Part shown: in pieces, positions 52,577-63,218 of the stretch | Position numbering within the stretch: position 1 is the first letter of the stretch | Layout: every line of letters starts with the position of its first letter | DNA from: an uncultured delta proteobacterium | GTDB taxonomy: Bacteria > Myxococcota_A > UBA9160 > SZUA-336 | Assembly (NCBI GenBank): GCA_963704165.1 | Contig: CAVPHD010000003.1 | Location: 416,001-480,000 of the forward strand | Direction: 5' to 3' | DNA length: 64,000 bases | Notes under the pieces: model-generated | What the model saw: the letters and a program-made list of their open reading frames with translations, nothing else | What the model was told of the DNA's origin: nothing | Database searches by the model: none | Made by a program: the position numbers and the translations under genes

Positions 52577-54820
52577 TCAGCTCCCCGTGTAGCGCCGCCG
52601 CAAGCTCTCGCGCACGAGGTCGGCTGCGGTGTTGATGACGAACGTGACCGCGAACAAGAACAACGCGGAGAGGAAGAGCACGCGGTACAGGGTTGCACCG
52701 TGGGGCGCCTCCGGGATCTCGACCGCGATGTTCGCGGAGAGCGAGCGGAAGCCGTCGAAGGGGCTCCAGCCCAGGAGCGGTGTGTTCCCGGTCGCCATGA
52801 GCACGATCATGGTTTCACCGACGGCGCGGCCGAAGCCGATCATCACCGCGGCGAAGAGGCCGGGGCTCGCCGCTGGAAGGACGATGCGCGCGAGTGTCTG
52901 CCAGCGCGTGGCACCGAGCGCGAGCGAAGCCGCGGCGAGGGACTTCGGCACGTTCGAGAGCGACTCCTCCGAGATCGCGAAGATGATCGGGATGACGGCG
53001 AAGGCCATCGCGATTCCCGCCACGACGGCGTTGCGCTGGTCGTACGCGAGGCCGGTGGTCGCGTGCAGCCAGGCGGCGAAGTCGCCGTCGAATATCCATC
53101 TCTCGACGTTCGCCGAGAGCGAGAGCGACACCACCGCACCGAGCGCGAGCAGTGCGGCCGCGAGCGCCACCTCGGTGCCGGCCGGCAGCCGGGCGCGGAG
53201 CCGAGGCGGAAGTGCGCGGAACATCCCACCCGCGGCCAGCGCCAGCGCGGGCGCTGCGACGAGCAGCAGGAGCAGCCCCGGGAGCTGGCTCTCGAGCCGC
53301 GGCGCGAGCCAGAGCCCGGCCAGGAATCCCAGCACGACACTCGGCAGTGACGCCATGATCTCGACCGTCGGCTTCACCCAGCGTTGCAGGCGCGCGTCCA
53401 TCAGCTGCGATGTGTACAGCGCGCCGAGAATCGCGAGGGGAATCGCGAAGAAGAGCGCGTAGAAGGCGCCCTTCAACGTGCCGATCGCGAGCGGCGTGAG
53501 CGAGAGCTTCGACTCGAACTCCTCCGAGCCACCCGTCGATTGCCAGACCCAGGTCGGCTCGAGGTAGTCCTCGTACCAGATCGGCGCCGCCAGAGCGGCG
53601 AACGACACTTCGGGGTGTGGATTTCGAACCGAGAACGCGCTCACGCCCGACGCGTCCGCGACGTACAGCGCATCGCCTCGCGGCGCGAGGATCGCATCGA
53701 AGACCGAACCCCGGAGCGCCGAGCCACGCCAGAGCGTGCGCTCGGACGTCGAGTGGTACAGACCGAGCGAACCATCCTCCGAGAGCGCTGCGAACGTGCG
53801 CTTCCGCCACGACGGTGCGATCGCGCGGATCGCCTCCCCCTGCGACTCGATGACGTGCGCGCGCACGAGCTCGGAGTGCGCGCGCCCCGTCCGCACTCGA
53901 AACCAGATCGAGAGGCTCCCGTCTTCGTGTCCCACGACGACGCTCCGTCCGCCCACGAGCAGGGAGAGCGCGGTGATCGGCGCACCGGTCTGCGAGACGC
54001 GCGGCTTGCGGATTCCTTCCGCGGGGAGCTCCCACCAGTAGAGCGCGCCGTTCGGGTCGGACCCGTACAGCTGACGTTGGTCGGAATCGATCGCCAACCG
54101 AGTGACACCTTGCGGTGACGGAATGCGCGAACGAGACGAGCGCTCGTCGCGCTCCCCGGTGAAATCGTTCACGCGGACCGAGCGGCGTTCGACGACGAGC
54201 GTGTCGTCGGAGAGGATCGCCGCGACCGTGGCCCCGGTCGAGCTCGCGCGAGCGGAGAACGCGACCACGCGCGCCGCGCCCGGCTCGAGCGCGAACTCCT
54301 CCGGGGTGCCGAGCTCGGCACTCACCGTGCGCTCGCCTCCTTCACCGTACGCCACGCGCCAGTCGAGCGGTACGACGACGAGGCGTCCATCGACGGTCAG
54401 CGCGCTGAAGCTCGACTCGCCAGGCGCGTCCCCAATGGCCACGATCTCGCCCGCAAGCGGCGGTGCAAGCGTCTCGACGAGCGACCCGGTCGAAACATCG
54501 AGAACGGAGACCCGGGCATCCCGCGAGACGCTCGCGAGGCGGGCGAGGGACGGTTCGACGAGCAGAACGCGCGACTCGTCGGAAGCCGCTTCGAACAGAC
54601 GCGGCTCCGATACCGTTGCGCCGTGCAGGAGCGGTGCGACTTCGAGCACGAGGAACCCGACGATCCCGACCAGCGAGAGAACGACGGCGACACCGGAGGC
54701 GCGCACGAGCGCCGTCGCGAGACGGTCGCGAAGCAGGCGCCCCCTCGCCGTCGACGCCGGGAACGCCGACGGACGTTCCCGCGTTTCGGCAGGTGGCTCG
54801 AGTCTCGAATCCGGCTGCAT
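52577..54820 (-). CDS. pstC: Phosphate ABC transporter permease with large periplasmic beta-rich domain
   Basis: WQSTGG..FESKLSL.PL..GT, MASLPSVV.G, GRAVGETM, IAVEIPEA. Confidence 0.9.
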   Translation of the reverse strand: MQPDSRLEPPAETRERPSAFPASTARGRLLRDRLATALVRASGVAVVLSLVGIVGFLVLEVAPLLHGATVSEPRLFEAASDESRVLLVEPSLARLASVSRDARVSVLDVSTGSLVETLAPPLAGEIVAIGDAPGESSFSALTVDGRLVVVPLDWRVAYGEGGERTVSAELGTPEEFALEPGAARVVAFSARASSTGATVAAILSDDTLVVERRSVRVNDFTGERDERSSRSRIPSPQGVTRLAIDSDQRQLYGSDPNGALYWWELPAEGIRKPRVSQTGAPITALSLLVGGRSVVVGHEDGSLSIWFRVRTGRAHSELVRAHVIESQGEAIRAIAPSWRKRTFAALSEDGSLGLYHSTSERTLWRGSALRGSVFDAILAPRGDALYVADASGVSAFSVRNPHPEVSFAALAAPIWYEDYLEPTWVWQSTGGSEEFESKLSLTPLAIGTLKGAFYALFFAIPLAILGALYTSQLMDARLQRWVKPTVEIMASLPSVVLGFLAGLWLAPRLESQLPGLLLLLVAAPALALAAGGMFRALPPRLRARLPAGTEVALAAALLALGAVVSLSLSANVERWIFDGDFAAWLHATTGLAYDQRNAVVAGIAMAFAVIPIIFAISEESLSNVPKSLAAASLALGATRWQTLARIVLPAASPGLFAAVMIGFGRAVGETMIVLMATGNTPLLGWSPFDGFRSLSANIAVEIPEAPHGATLYRVLFLSALFLFAVTFVINTAADLVRESLRRRYTGS

Positions 54821-54822
54821 CG

Positions 54823-55797
54823 CTAGCGAAGCTTCCCGATCTCTTGCTCGACCACCCCGGCCTTGAGCGGCAGATAGCCGTCCTTCAGCACGATCTCCTG
54901 GCCGTCGCGCGAGAGCACGAAGCGCAGGAACTGCTCCGTCAGCGGGTCGAGCGGCTTGCCGGGCGCGCGGTTCACGTACACGTACAGGAAGCGGGCGAGC
55001 GGGTACTTGCCCGCGTAGACCTCTGCGGGATCGGTGGTTGCGTATCCGCTCTTCGCGTCGCGCGCGAGCGAGAGCGCCTTCACGCCCGATGTCTTGTAGC
55101 CAAGCCCGCTGTAGCCGATGCCGAGCTTGTCCTCGGTCACGCCCTGGACGACCGAGGCGGAGCCCGGTTGCTCCTTCACCGTGTCACGGAAGTCCCCGCC
55201 GCAGAGGGCGACTTCCTTGAAGTAGCCGTAGGTGCCGGACGCCGAGTTGCGTCCGTAGAGCCGGATCGGCTGCGTCGAGAGCCGACCCGAATCCCCGACC
55301 GCACCCCAGGTGTCGAGCGCCGTCGGCTCACCGCAGCGGCGCGACTTCGAGAAGATCGCGTCGACCTGTGGCAGCGTCAGTTTCTCGAGCGGATTGTCCT
55401 TGGCGACGTAGACCGCGAGCGCGTCGACGGCGACACGGATCTGCGTGGGTGGGTAACCGAACTTCTTCTCGAAGGCGTCGAGCTCGTCGGCCTTCATGGC
55501 GCGGCTCATCGGCCCGAGCTGCGCCGTGGCTTCGATCAGAGCCGGCGGTGCCGTCGACGAGCCCTTCCCTTCGACCTGCACCCGAACGCTCGGATACGCG
55601 GCGTGGAAGGCCTCGGCCCAGAACGTCATCAGGTTGTTCAGGGTGTCGGATCCGATCGAGCTCAGGTTTCCCGCGACCCCACTCACCCGGACATAGGGCT
55701 GCACGGCCGGATCGACGGCGAGTTGCGACGCGCGCGCCTGGAGCGGCCCACCCGAAAGGGCCGCCGCCAACGCGAGCGTGATGGCGATTCGAGACAT
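54823..55797 (-). CDS. pstS: Phosphate-binding periplasmic protein
   Basis: Signal peptide; GSDT, GKGSSTA, MSR, RNSASGT, YPLAR. Confidence 0.95.
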   Translation of the reverse strand: MSRIAITLALAAALSGGPLQARASQLAVDPAVQPYVRVSGVAGNLSSIGSDTLNNLMTFWAEAFHAAYPSVRVQVEGKGSSTAPPALIEATAQLGPMSRAMKADELDAFEKKFGYPPTQIRVAVDALAVYVAKDNPLEKLTLPQVDAIFSKSRRCGEPTALDTWGAVGDSGRLSTQPIRLYGRNSASGTYGYFKEVALCGGDFRDTVKEQPGSASVVQGVTEDKLGIGYSGLGYKTSGVKALSLARDAKSGYATTDPAEVYAGKYPLARFLYVYVNRAPGKPLDPLTEQFLRFVLSRDGQEIVLKDGYLPLKAGVVEQEIGKLR

Positions 55798-55866
55798 CTT
55801 CGTCCTCTCCTCTTTGGTCTTCTACCCGAGGATGGCTGCAGCGGGTGTCGGGGCCGGGGCGGGCGC

Positions 55867-55882
55867 TTGAAGATCTGGTGAC
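55867..55882 (-). promoter_or_regulatory. Pho-box-like direct repeat upstream of pstS
   Basis: GTCAC-cagatc-TTCAA, 11-bp period. Confidence 0.5.
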
Positions 55883-55911
55883 GAATTCTTTCCCCGAATC
55901 GCTACCGCGCC

Positions 55912-55954
55912 GTCACGGATTCGACACGCCGTCCGGGCGCGGTCGGGCTATCCT
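55912..55954 (+). promoter_or_regulatory. Pho-box-like repeat plus -10 element upstream of phoU
   Basis: GTCAC-ggattc-GACAC (11-bp period), then TATCCT ending 6 nt before the GTG. Confidence 0.55.
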
Positions 55955-55960
55955 GCCTCG

Positions 55961-56649
55961 GTGACTGGGAAGAACCCGAGCAAGTCCGAATCCACGATCG
56001 ATGGCCTGCGCGAACTGGTCCTGCGCATGGGCGCGCTCGCGGAGGCGATCCTCGCGAAGGCTCTACACGCGGTGGTCGAGCGCGACCGTGCGCTCGGCGA
56101 GGAGGTTCAACGCGACGACCTCGAGATCGACCAGCTCGACGTCGCGATCGACGACGCGATCCTGCGCGCCCTCGCCCTGCAGGCGCCGGTGGCCGAGGAC
56201 CTTCGCCAGGTCATCGCGATCAAGACCATGGCGACGGATCTCGAGCGCATCGGCGACATCGCGCGCAACATCGCCAAGAGCGGCATGCGGCTCGCCGAAC
56301 GGCCCCGAACCCCGCTTCCCGCGCGACTCGAGCCGCTGCAGAACGAAGCCACGCGATTGCTCCGCGCCGCGCTCGACAGCTTTCAGACGCTCGACGCCGA
56401 GGCCGCGCGCAGGGTGATCGCGGGCGACGATCGCGTCGACGAGCTTCAAGACGCCCTCGTCCGCCAGCTGATCGACGGACTCGAGGGCGATCCGTCGAGC
56501 GCTTCGCAGGCGGTGGACGTGATCTTCATCGCCGAGAGCCTCGAGCGCGTCGGAGATCACGCGACCAACGTCGCCGAGGACGTGATTCTCGCGGTCGAAG
56601 CGCGAAACGTGAAACACGCGGCCAAGTTCGCCAGGCACGGGAGCGGGAC

Positions 56650-56653
<4 letters not shown>
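55961..56653 (+). CDS. phoU: Phosphate signalling protein PhoU
   Basis: QAPVAEDLR, DLERIGD, LERVGDHATNVAE. Confidence 0.95.
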
Positions 56654-57330
<677 letters not shown>

Positions 57331-57355
57331 AGTCACTCGGAGAACGCGGAGAGCG

Positions 57356-59125
57356 ATGCCCCGGATCCAGCGCAGGCTGATGATCGCGCTGTCGGCCCTG
57401 GCGGTCGCGGCCTGGGTCGTCGCCGGCGCGTGGGTCGATCGCGCCGCACGCGAGCGGGAGATCGCGGAGATCGAATCGTGGCTGGGATCGGGCGCCCGCT
57501 CGATCGTGGAGCTCGCGCGTGATCTGCCCTTCGATGCCGCGCACCGGACGGAGCTCACGGATCTGGTGAGCCGCGCGGCTGCGGCGGTCGGCGTGCGGGT
57601 CACGCTGATCGCGCCCGACGGCTTCGTGGTCGCGGACTCGGAGGTCGCGCTCGAAGACCTCGGAACCGTCGCGAACCACGCGGACCGGCCGGAAGTCGAA
57701 GCCGCGCTGCGGGGTCGGACGGGCTCGAACCGGCGCCGCAGCGCCACCGTCGGCGGATCGTTCCTCTACGTCGCCGTGCCGCGAGCCCCCCCGTCGCCAC
57801 CGGGTGTCGTGCGCGTCGCCACCGATCTCTCGTCGGTCGATTCCGCACTGGCCGGGCTTCGCTCTGCGCTCGTCACCGGGGGCGCGATCGCGCTGGCCGG
57901 AACGCTCGCGCTCTCGTTCTTCTTCTCGCGCGCGCTGCTCCGCCCGCTCTGGGCCTTCCACTCGGCGCTCTCGCGGCTGTCTTCCGGGGATCTCGGCGCG
58001 CGGGTGCGCTGGCGTTCGAAGGACGAGCTCGGCGAGCTGTCGAGTTCCCTCGACCGGATGGCGGAGGACCTCGAGCGGACCCAATCCGAGATCGTGGACG
58101 AGCGCGATCGCCTCGCGGCCGTCCTGCGCGTGATGGTCGAGGGAGTACTCGTCGTCGACGGCGACGACCACATCGTGCTCGCGAACCCGCGGCTGCGCGC
58201 GCTGCTCGGGATCCGCGTCGAGGTCGAAGGGCTGCGGCCGATGGCCGCGCTGCGCAACGCCGCGATCGACGACACCATCCGGGCCGCGCTCGAAGGGGAT
58301 CAGCCGATCCACCGCGAGATCACGCTCGAAGCTCCGGAGCGGCGCGTGCTCGCGGTGCACGCGGCGAGCTTCGCGATCGGCGACGCGAGGCACGCGGTGG
58401 CCGTCTTTCACGACATGACGGAAGTCCGGCGGCTCGAGAACATCCGCCGCGATTTCGTCGCGAACGCGTCCCACGAGATCAAGACGCCACTCACGGCGAT
58501 CCACGGCTTCGCCGAGATGCTGCTCGGGGGCGGTTTGCCCGCAGACGACGCTCGCAGCTACCTCGAGATCATCCTGCGCCACAGCGAACGCCTGGCCAAC
58601 CTGGTCGAAGACCTGCTCGAGCTCTCGCGACTCGAGAGCGGAAAGTTCACCCTCGAGCCCGAATCGCTCGACGTGGAGAGCCTCGTCGCGAAGCTGTGTC
58701 GCGAGTTCGAGCCGCGCCTGCGGGAGAGAGGGATCACCGTGCACATCCGCGCGGACGGAGCTCCGCGGGCCTTCGCCGATCCCCGGGCCGTCGAGCAGAT
58801 CCTCCAGAACCTGCTCGACAACGCGCTGAAGTATTCCGAGCCGAATCGGTCGATCGACGTCCGCATCGGCGCGCAAGGCGCGGCCGTGCGCGTGGAGGTC
58901 GCGGACGAGGGCATCGGCATTTCCGAAGCCGATCGCGTGCGGATCTTCGAACGCTTCTACCGCGTCGATCGCGCGCGCTCGCGTGAGCAAGGTGGCACGG
59001 GACTGGGGCTCTCGATCGTGAAGCATCTCGTGCAGGCCTCGGGCGGAGAGCTGTCGCTGGAGAGCACGCCCGGCGTCGGATCGGTCTTCGGTTTCACGCT
59101 GCCGGCGAACTTCACACGCTCGTGA
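57356..59125 (+). CDS. phoR: Sensor histidine kinase PhoR (HAMP-PAS-HisKA-HATPase)
   Basis: NHADRPE, RRDFVANASHEIKTPLT, IFERFYRVD, GGTGLGL. Confidence 0.9.
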   Translation: MPRIQRRLMIALSALAVAAWVVAGAWVDRAAREREIAEIESWLGSGARSIVELARDLPFDAAHRTELTDLVSRAAAAVGVRVTLIAPDGFVVADSEVALEDLGTVANHADRPEVEAALRGRTGSNRRRSATVGGSFLYVAVPRAPPSPPGVVRVATDLSSVDSALAGLRSALVTGGAIALAGTLALSFFFSRALLRPLWAFHSALSRLSSGDLGARVRWRSKDELGELSSSLDRMAEDLERTQSEIVDERDRLAAVLRVMVEGVLVVDGDDHIVLANPRLRALLGIRVEVEGLRPMAALRNAAIDDTIRAALEGDQPIHREITLEAPERRVLAVHAASFAIGDARHAVAVFHDMTEVRRLENIRRDFVANASHEIKTPLTAIHGFAEMLLGGGLPADDARSYLEIILRHSERLANLVEDLLELSRLESGKFTLEPESLDVESLVAKLCREFEPRLRERGITVHIRADGAPRAFADPRAVEQILQNLLDNALKYSEPNRSIDVRIGAQGAAVRVEVADEGIGISEADRVRIFERFYRVDRARSREQGGTGLGLSIVKHLVQASGGELSLESTPGVGSVFGFTLPANFTRS

Positions 59126-59195
59126 CGCCGCCGCCCTGAAATCGCGAAAATCGCCATCTAGACTGCGCGCGGCTTTCATTCAAAGGGAGTAACTC

Positions 59196-60539
59196 GTGAA
59201 GACACTGGTCTGGATCCTCGTCGCCACGCTCGGAATCACCATCCCGACGATCGCCGCCGCCGACGAGACGAACGCGGTCGAGGACATCGTCAACGTCTTG
59301 CAGCAGAAGGGTCTGATCGACGAGGCGACGGGCGACGAGATCCTCGCCAAGCAGGAGCGCGCCGATGCCAAGCGCGCCGCATCGACGCCCGCCGTGTCCA
59401 GCGGCTCGTCGCTGACCGACGGCCTCGTCTGGAACGGCGACTTCCGGCTTCGCGACGAGCAGTTCTGGTACGGGCGCGCGTTCAGCGGCACCGCCCACGA
59501 CAACAACCGCTTCCGGTATCGGGCGCGATTGGGATTCACGAAACAGGTGAACCCCTGGGCGCTCGTCGGACTTCGGCTCGCCTCCGGTACCGGCGACTAC
59601 CGCAGCACCAACGTGAGCTTCGGAGAGCAGTCGAACTGGGCTCCGTACGGCGTGTACATCGATCGCGCCTATGGCCAATTCACGCTGCCCGACCCCGGCG
59701 GGATCGGCCTCTCGACCACGGTCCTCGCCGGGCGGATCGCGAACCCGTTCGTGTGGAAGAACTCGCTCGACAAGGTCGTCTGGGACGAGGACATCAGTCC
59801 GACCGGACTCGCGCTCACGAGTTCGATCTCGCCGCTCGAAGGCACGAAGCTCTTCGCGACGGTCGGCTACTTCGTCGAGCTGACACAGAGCTGTTGCACC
59901 GACACGAAGGTCTGGGGCTTCCAGCTCGGCGGATCGACCGCCCTCGCCGACAAGCTCGTCGCGGGAGCGCGTGCGAGCTTCTACGACTGGGACAACGTCA
60001 GCGCCGACCCGAACTTCGCCAGCAACAACCAGAAGTTCGGAAATCTCCCCACCGCATTCGACGCCGACGCGCGGATCGGCGAGAGCACGGTCTTCGTGAG
60101 CTGGAGCGGAATCGAGGGCTGGCCCGCGGTCGTATTCGGAACGGTCGCGTACAACTTCACCGCCGACTCGGGTTTCGTGAACGGAGCGCGCGTTGGACCC
60201 GACCAGACGGCCTACGCGTACGGAATCGAGATCGGAGACGCGAAGACCTTCTTCCTGCTCGGCATCGAGTACAGCCACATTCCGGCCAACGCGGTGCTCG
60301 GTCTGTACACCGACAGCGACATGTTCGACGGCTACACCAATCGCGAGGGAATCGGCGTCTACCTCGCGCGGCAGCTGGCTTCGAACACCGAGTTCAAGCT
60401 CTCGCTCTGGGACGGCGAGCCGATCAAGACCACGGCGAGCGGCAGCGGCGACGGACCGTACAACACCTCCGCCAACGAGTCGGCCAACCAGAAGGCCAAC
60501 CGCAGGCGTTTGCAGGCCGACGTGAACTTCAAGTTCTAG
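59196..60539 (+). CDS. Putative outer-membrane porin
   Basis: Signal peptide, LQQKGLI N-terminal helix, GDFRLR..RYRARLG, terminal QADVNFKF. Confidence 0.85.
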   Translation: MKTLVWILVATLGITIPTIAAADETNAVEDIVNVLQQKGLIDEATGDEILAKQERADAKRAASTPAVSSGSSLTDGLVWNGDFRLRDEQFWYGRAFSGTAHDNNRFRYRARLGFTKQVNPWALVGLRLASGTGDYRSTNVSFGEQSNWAPYGVYIDRAYGQFTLPDPGGIGLSTTVLAGRIANPFVWKNSLDKVVWDEDISPTGLALTSSISPLEGTKLFATVGYFVELTQSCCTDTKVWGFQLGGSTALADKLVAGARASFYDWDNVSADPNFASNNQKFGNLPTAFDADARIGESTVFVSWSGIEGWPAVVFGTVAYNFTADSGFVNGARVGPDQTAYAYGIEIGDAKTFFLLGIEYSHIPANAVLGLYTDSDMFDGYTNREGIGVYLARQLASNTEFKLSLWDGEPIKTTASGSGDGPYNTSANESANQKANRRRLQADVNFKF

Positions 60540-62283
60540 CGGAGAGCGGCAGGAATACGCTGAAGACGGTGCCCTGTCCGGGCGCGGAGCGCGCACGGAT
60601 CTCGCCTCCGTGTCGCTTCACGATCTCGTACGAGATCGCGAGGCCGAGGCCCGTCCCCTGCCCCACGGGCTTGGTCGTGAAGAACGGATCGAAGACGCGT
60701 CCGAGGGCATCGGCTTCGATCCCGCAGCCGTCGTCCTCGACGTCGATGCGCGCTTTGCCCGCCGAGGACGACGTCGAGAGCCGAATGGTCCCGGTCTCGC
60801 CGATCGCGTCGGCGGCGTTCAGAACCAGATTCAGGAAGACCTGCTCGAGCTCGCGCGGCGCGCAGTCGATCGCCGGAACGGACCCGAAGCTCCGCTCGAT
60901 CTGAACACGCGCGGGCAGACGCGGGCCCGCCATGCGCGCGACCGTCTCGAGCATCGGGTGCAGGTCCGCGCGCTCGCGATCACCGCTTCCGCCGTGCGAG
61001 AAGCGCCGGATCTGATCGACGATCGAGAGGATCCGGTCGATGCCCTCGAGGGACTCGTCGATCAGATCGCGGCCGTCGGAGATCGAGATCTGCGCCTCGC
61101 CGCTCTGCTCGGAGCCGTGCTTCTCGACGTAATCCGTCACGTCCTGCCAGTACTCGCGAAGCATCAGGATGTTGCTGCGCACGTAGGACGCCGGGTTGTT
61201 GACCTCGTGCGCCACGCCCGCGGCGAGCTGACCGACGGCGGCCATCCGGCCCGAGAGCACGAGACGGTTCTGCAGGGCTTCGACCTCGCGCAGATCGCGC
61301 AGGATCACGGCGAGACCCCCATCCGCCCCGCGGCCGTCGCGCAGAAGAGATGCCGTCACCGACACGGGAATTCGTTCTCCGTCGAGGCCGATCAGCTGGC
61401 CGCGCTGATCGCGAAGCTCTCGTGGGGGGTCGAGCCGGGGCGCGGGAAGGATCTCGTTCACGTGCCGGCCCTCGAGCTGCTCGCGTGTCCGGCCGAGGAT
61501 CCGCGCGAGGCCGGTGTTCGAGGACCGCACCCGGCCGTCCATGCGCAAGAGCAGAAGCCCCTCGCTCATCGCTTCGCTGATCTCGCGCGAGAAGGTGCCC
61601 GGCGAGAGGATCGAGTATCCGAATCGATTCAGCGAAAGCGCGAGCAGGACTCCGGTCACGGCGTACGAGATCGTTCCGAGCTGCGGCACGGTCACGCCGA
61701 AGAACGGCAGGATTCCGTCGCTGATCGATGCGACGAGCAGGAGCTGGAGGATCGCGAACGCGATCCACTTCGCCTGGCTCCGCACGCTCTCGAGCCGCGT
61801 CTCGCGGTACACCTGCGACGCGACCGAGATGCCGGAGAGCAGCGATCCGACCGTGACGACGTAGAACAACGGGTAGAGCGGCCCGAACGTGTACCCGAAC
61901 CCCCAGCTGCGCCGCACGACGCCGGTGTGGACCCAGGGCGTGAGCCAGGTGAGAGCGAGAAAGACGAAGGCGAACGCGTAGTACCCGCGCAGCATTCGCT
62001 GCACTCGTGGAGCGTTCACGCCCGTCACCGAGAGGATGAAGCGAAGCGAGAGCGGTCCGATGCCGACCCAGCCCAGCGCCGACAGCCTCACGAGCGCGAG
62101 CGCCACGTCGGGATCCTGGGAGGTGTTCCAGAGCAGCTGGCAGAGCGCCCAGAACGCGCCGCAATAGATCAGGAGCGACGCCTGCCGGTTTCCGGCATCG
62201 TGCGGATCGCGCACGAGAATCGTGGTCGCGGAGACCAGCAAGGCCACGCAGGCCAGAAGCTGAATTGCGGTGAACCCGAGCAT
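60529..62283 (-). CDS. Sensor histidine kinase with N-terminal 7TM and PAS domains
   Basis: About seven hydrophobic helices, PAS-like segment, AHEVNNP, FDPFFTTK, GTGLGL. Confidence 0.9.
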   Translation of the reverse strand: MLGFTAIQLLACVALLVSATTILVRDPHDAGNRQASLLIYCGAFWALCQLLWNTSQDPDVALALVRLSALGWVGIGPLSLRFILSVTGVNAPRVQRMLRGYYAFAFVFLALTWLTPWVHTGVVRRSWGFGYTFGPLYPLFYVVTVGSLLSGISVASQVYRETRLESVRSQAKWIAFAILQLLLVASISDGILPFFGVTVPQLGTISYAVTGVLLALSLNRFGYSILSPGTFSREISEAMSEGLLLLRMDGRVRSSNTGLARILGRTREQLEGRHVNEILPAPRLDPPRELRDQRGQLIGLDGERIPVSVTASLLRDGRGADGGLAVILRDLREVEALQNRLVLSGRMAAVGQLAAGVAHEVNNPASYVRSNILMLREYWQDVTDYVEKHGSEQSGEAQISISDGRDLIDESLEGIDRILSIVDQIRRFSHGGSGDRERADLHPMLETVARMAGPRLPARVQIERSFGSVPAIDCAPRELEQVFLNLVLNAADAIGETGTIRLSTSSSAGKARIDVEDDGCGIEADALGRVFDPFFTTKPVGQGTGLGLAISYEIVKRHGGEIRARSAPGQGTVFSVFLPLSART

Positions 62284-62404
62284 CGAACTCCGCCTCGAAC
62301 GAGGATCGGCGTGCGCAGGGCGAGCCTTGATCCACACTTCGCGCCTCACCGCGACACACGCGCCGCGTGTAGACTCGCGTGATCCGCGGTCAGGAGGGTG
62401 CGCG

Positions 62405-63199
62405 TTGGGCAACGACCTCGTCCGTTACGAACTCCACGAGCACGTGGCACAGGTGACGCTCGATCGACCCGAGAGCCGAAACGCGCTCAACCCGGAGGCG
62501 TACCGACAGCTCGAGGCCGCGTTCCAGAAGGCGCAGGCCGATCCCGACGTGCGCTGCGTGCTCCTGACCGGCACCGATCCTTCGTTCTGCAGCGGTGACG
62601 ACGTGAAGGAGATCATGGCCGGCCCCGCGCGTGACTCGACCGTCGCACGGCTCCGGCAGGTGCGACCGCGTCCGACACCCGCCGCGATCGCCGTGCTCGA
62701 GTGCGATCGTCCCGTCGTCGCGGCGGTCAACGGTCCCGCGGTCGGCTGGGGAATGGACCTGACACTGTTCTGTGACATTCGGATCGCCTCGGAACGCGCC
62801 CGTTTCGCGGAGCTCTTCATCAAGCGCGGACTCGTCTCGGACATCGGCGGCCTGTTGCGCCTGCCGCAGATCGTCGGCCCTTCGAAGGCGGCGGAGCTGC
62901 TCTTCACCGGCGACGTGATCGACGCGAAGGAGGCCGAGCGGATCGGGCTCGTCTCGCAGGTCGTCCCGCACGCGGAGCTCTTGCCCGCCGCGCGCGATCT
63001 CTGCGCGCGAATCGCCGCGAATCCCCCACTCGCGCTTCGCTCCATGAAGGAAGGCCTTCGCCGCGCGCGCCTCTCGGATCCTCACGAGCTCGGCGGCTGG
63101 GTGAGTCAGACGCTCGGAGTTCTCTTCCAGACCGAGGATCACCGCGAGGGGGTGAAATCGTTCCTCGAGAAGCGCGCGCCGGTCTTTCGCGGCCGTTGA
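62405..63199 (+). CDS. Enoyl-CoA hydratase/isomerase family protein
   Basis: TTG after GGAGG; LDRPESRNAL, FCSGDD, AAVNGPAVGWG, DHREG..FLEKR. Confidence 0.92.
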   Translation: MGNDLVRYELHEHVAQVTLDRPESRNALNPEAYRQLEAAFQKAQADPDVRCVLLTGTDPSFCSGDDVKEIMAGPARDSTVARLRQVRPRPTPAAIAVLECDRPVVAAVNGPAVGWGMDLTLFCDIRIASERARFAELFIKRGLVSDIGGLLRLPQIVGPSKAAELLFTGDVIDAKEAERIGLVSQVVPHAELLPAARDLCARIAANPPLALRSMKEGLRRARLSDPHELGGWVSQTLGVLFQTEDHREGVKSFLEKRAPVFRGR

Positions 63200-63218
63200 G
63201 GCCACGCGTGCGCCGCGG

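Noticed and set aside
50369..53350. Very long antisense ORFs (also 16592-19021, 32383-34764, 3830-5911, 57320-59179)
   Set aside because: They mirror well-supported genes on the opposite strand and carry no motifs
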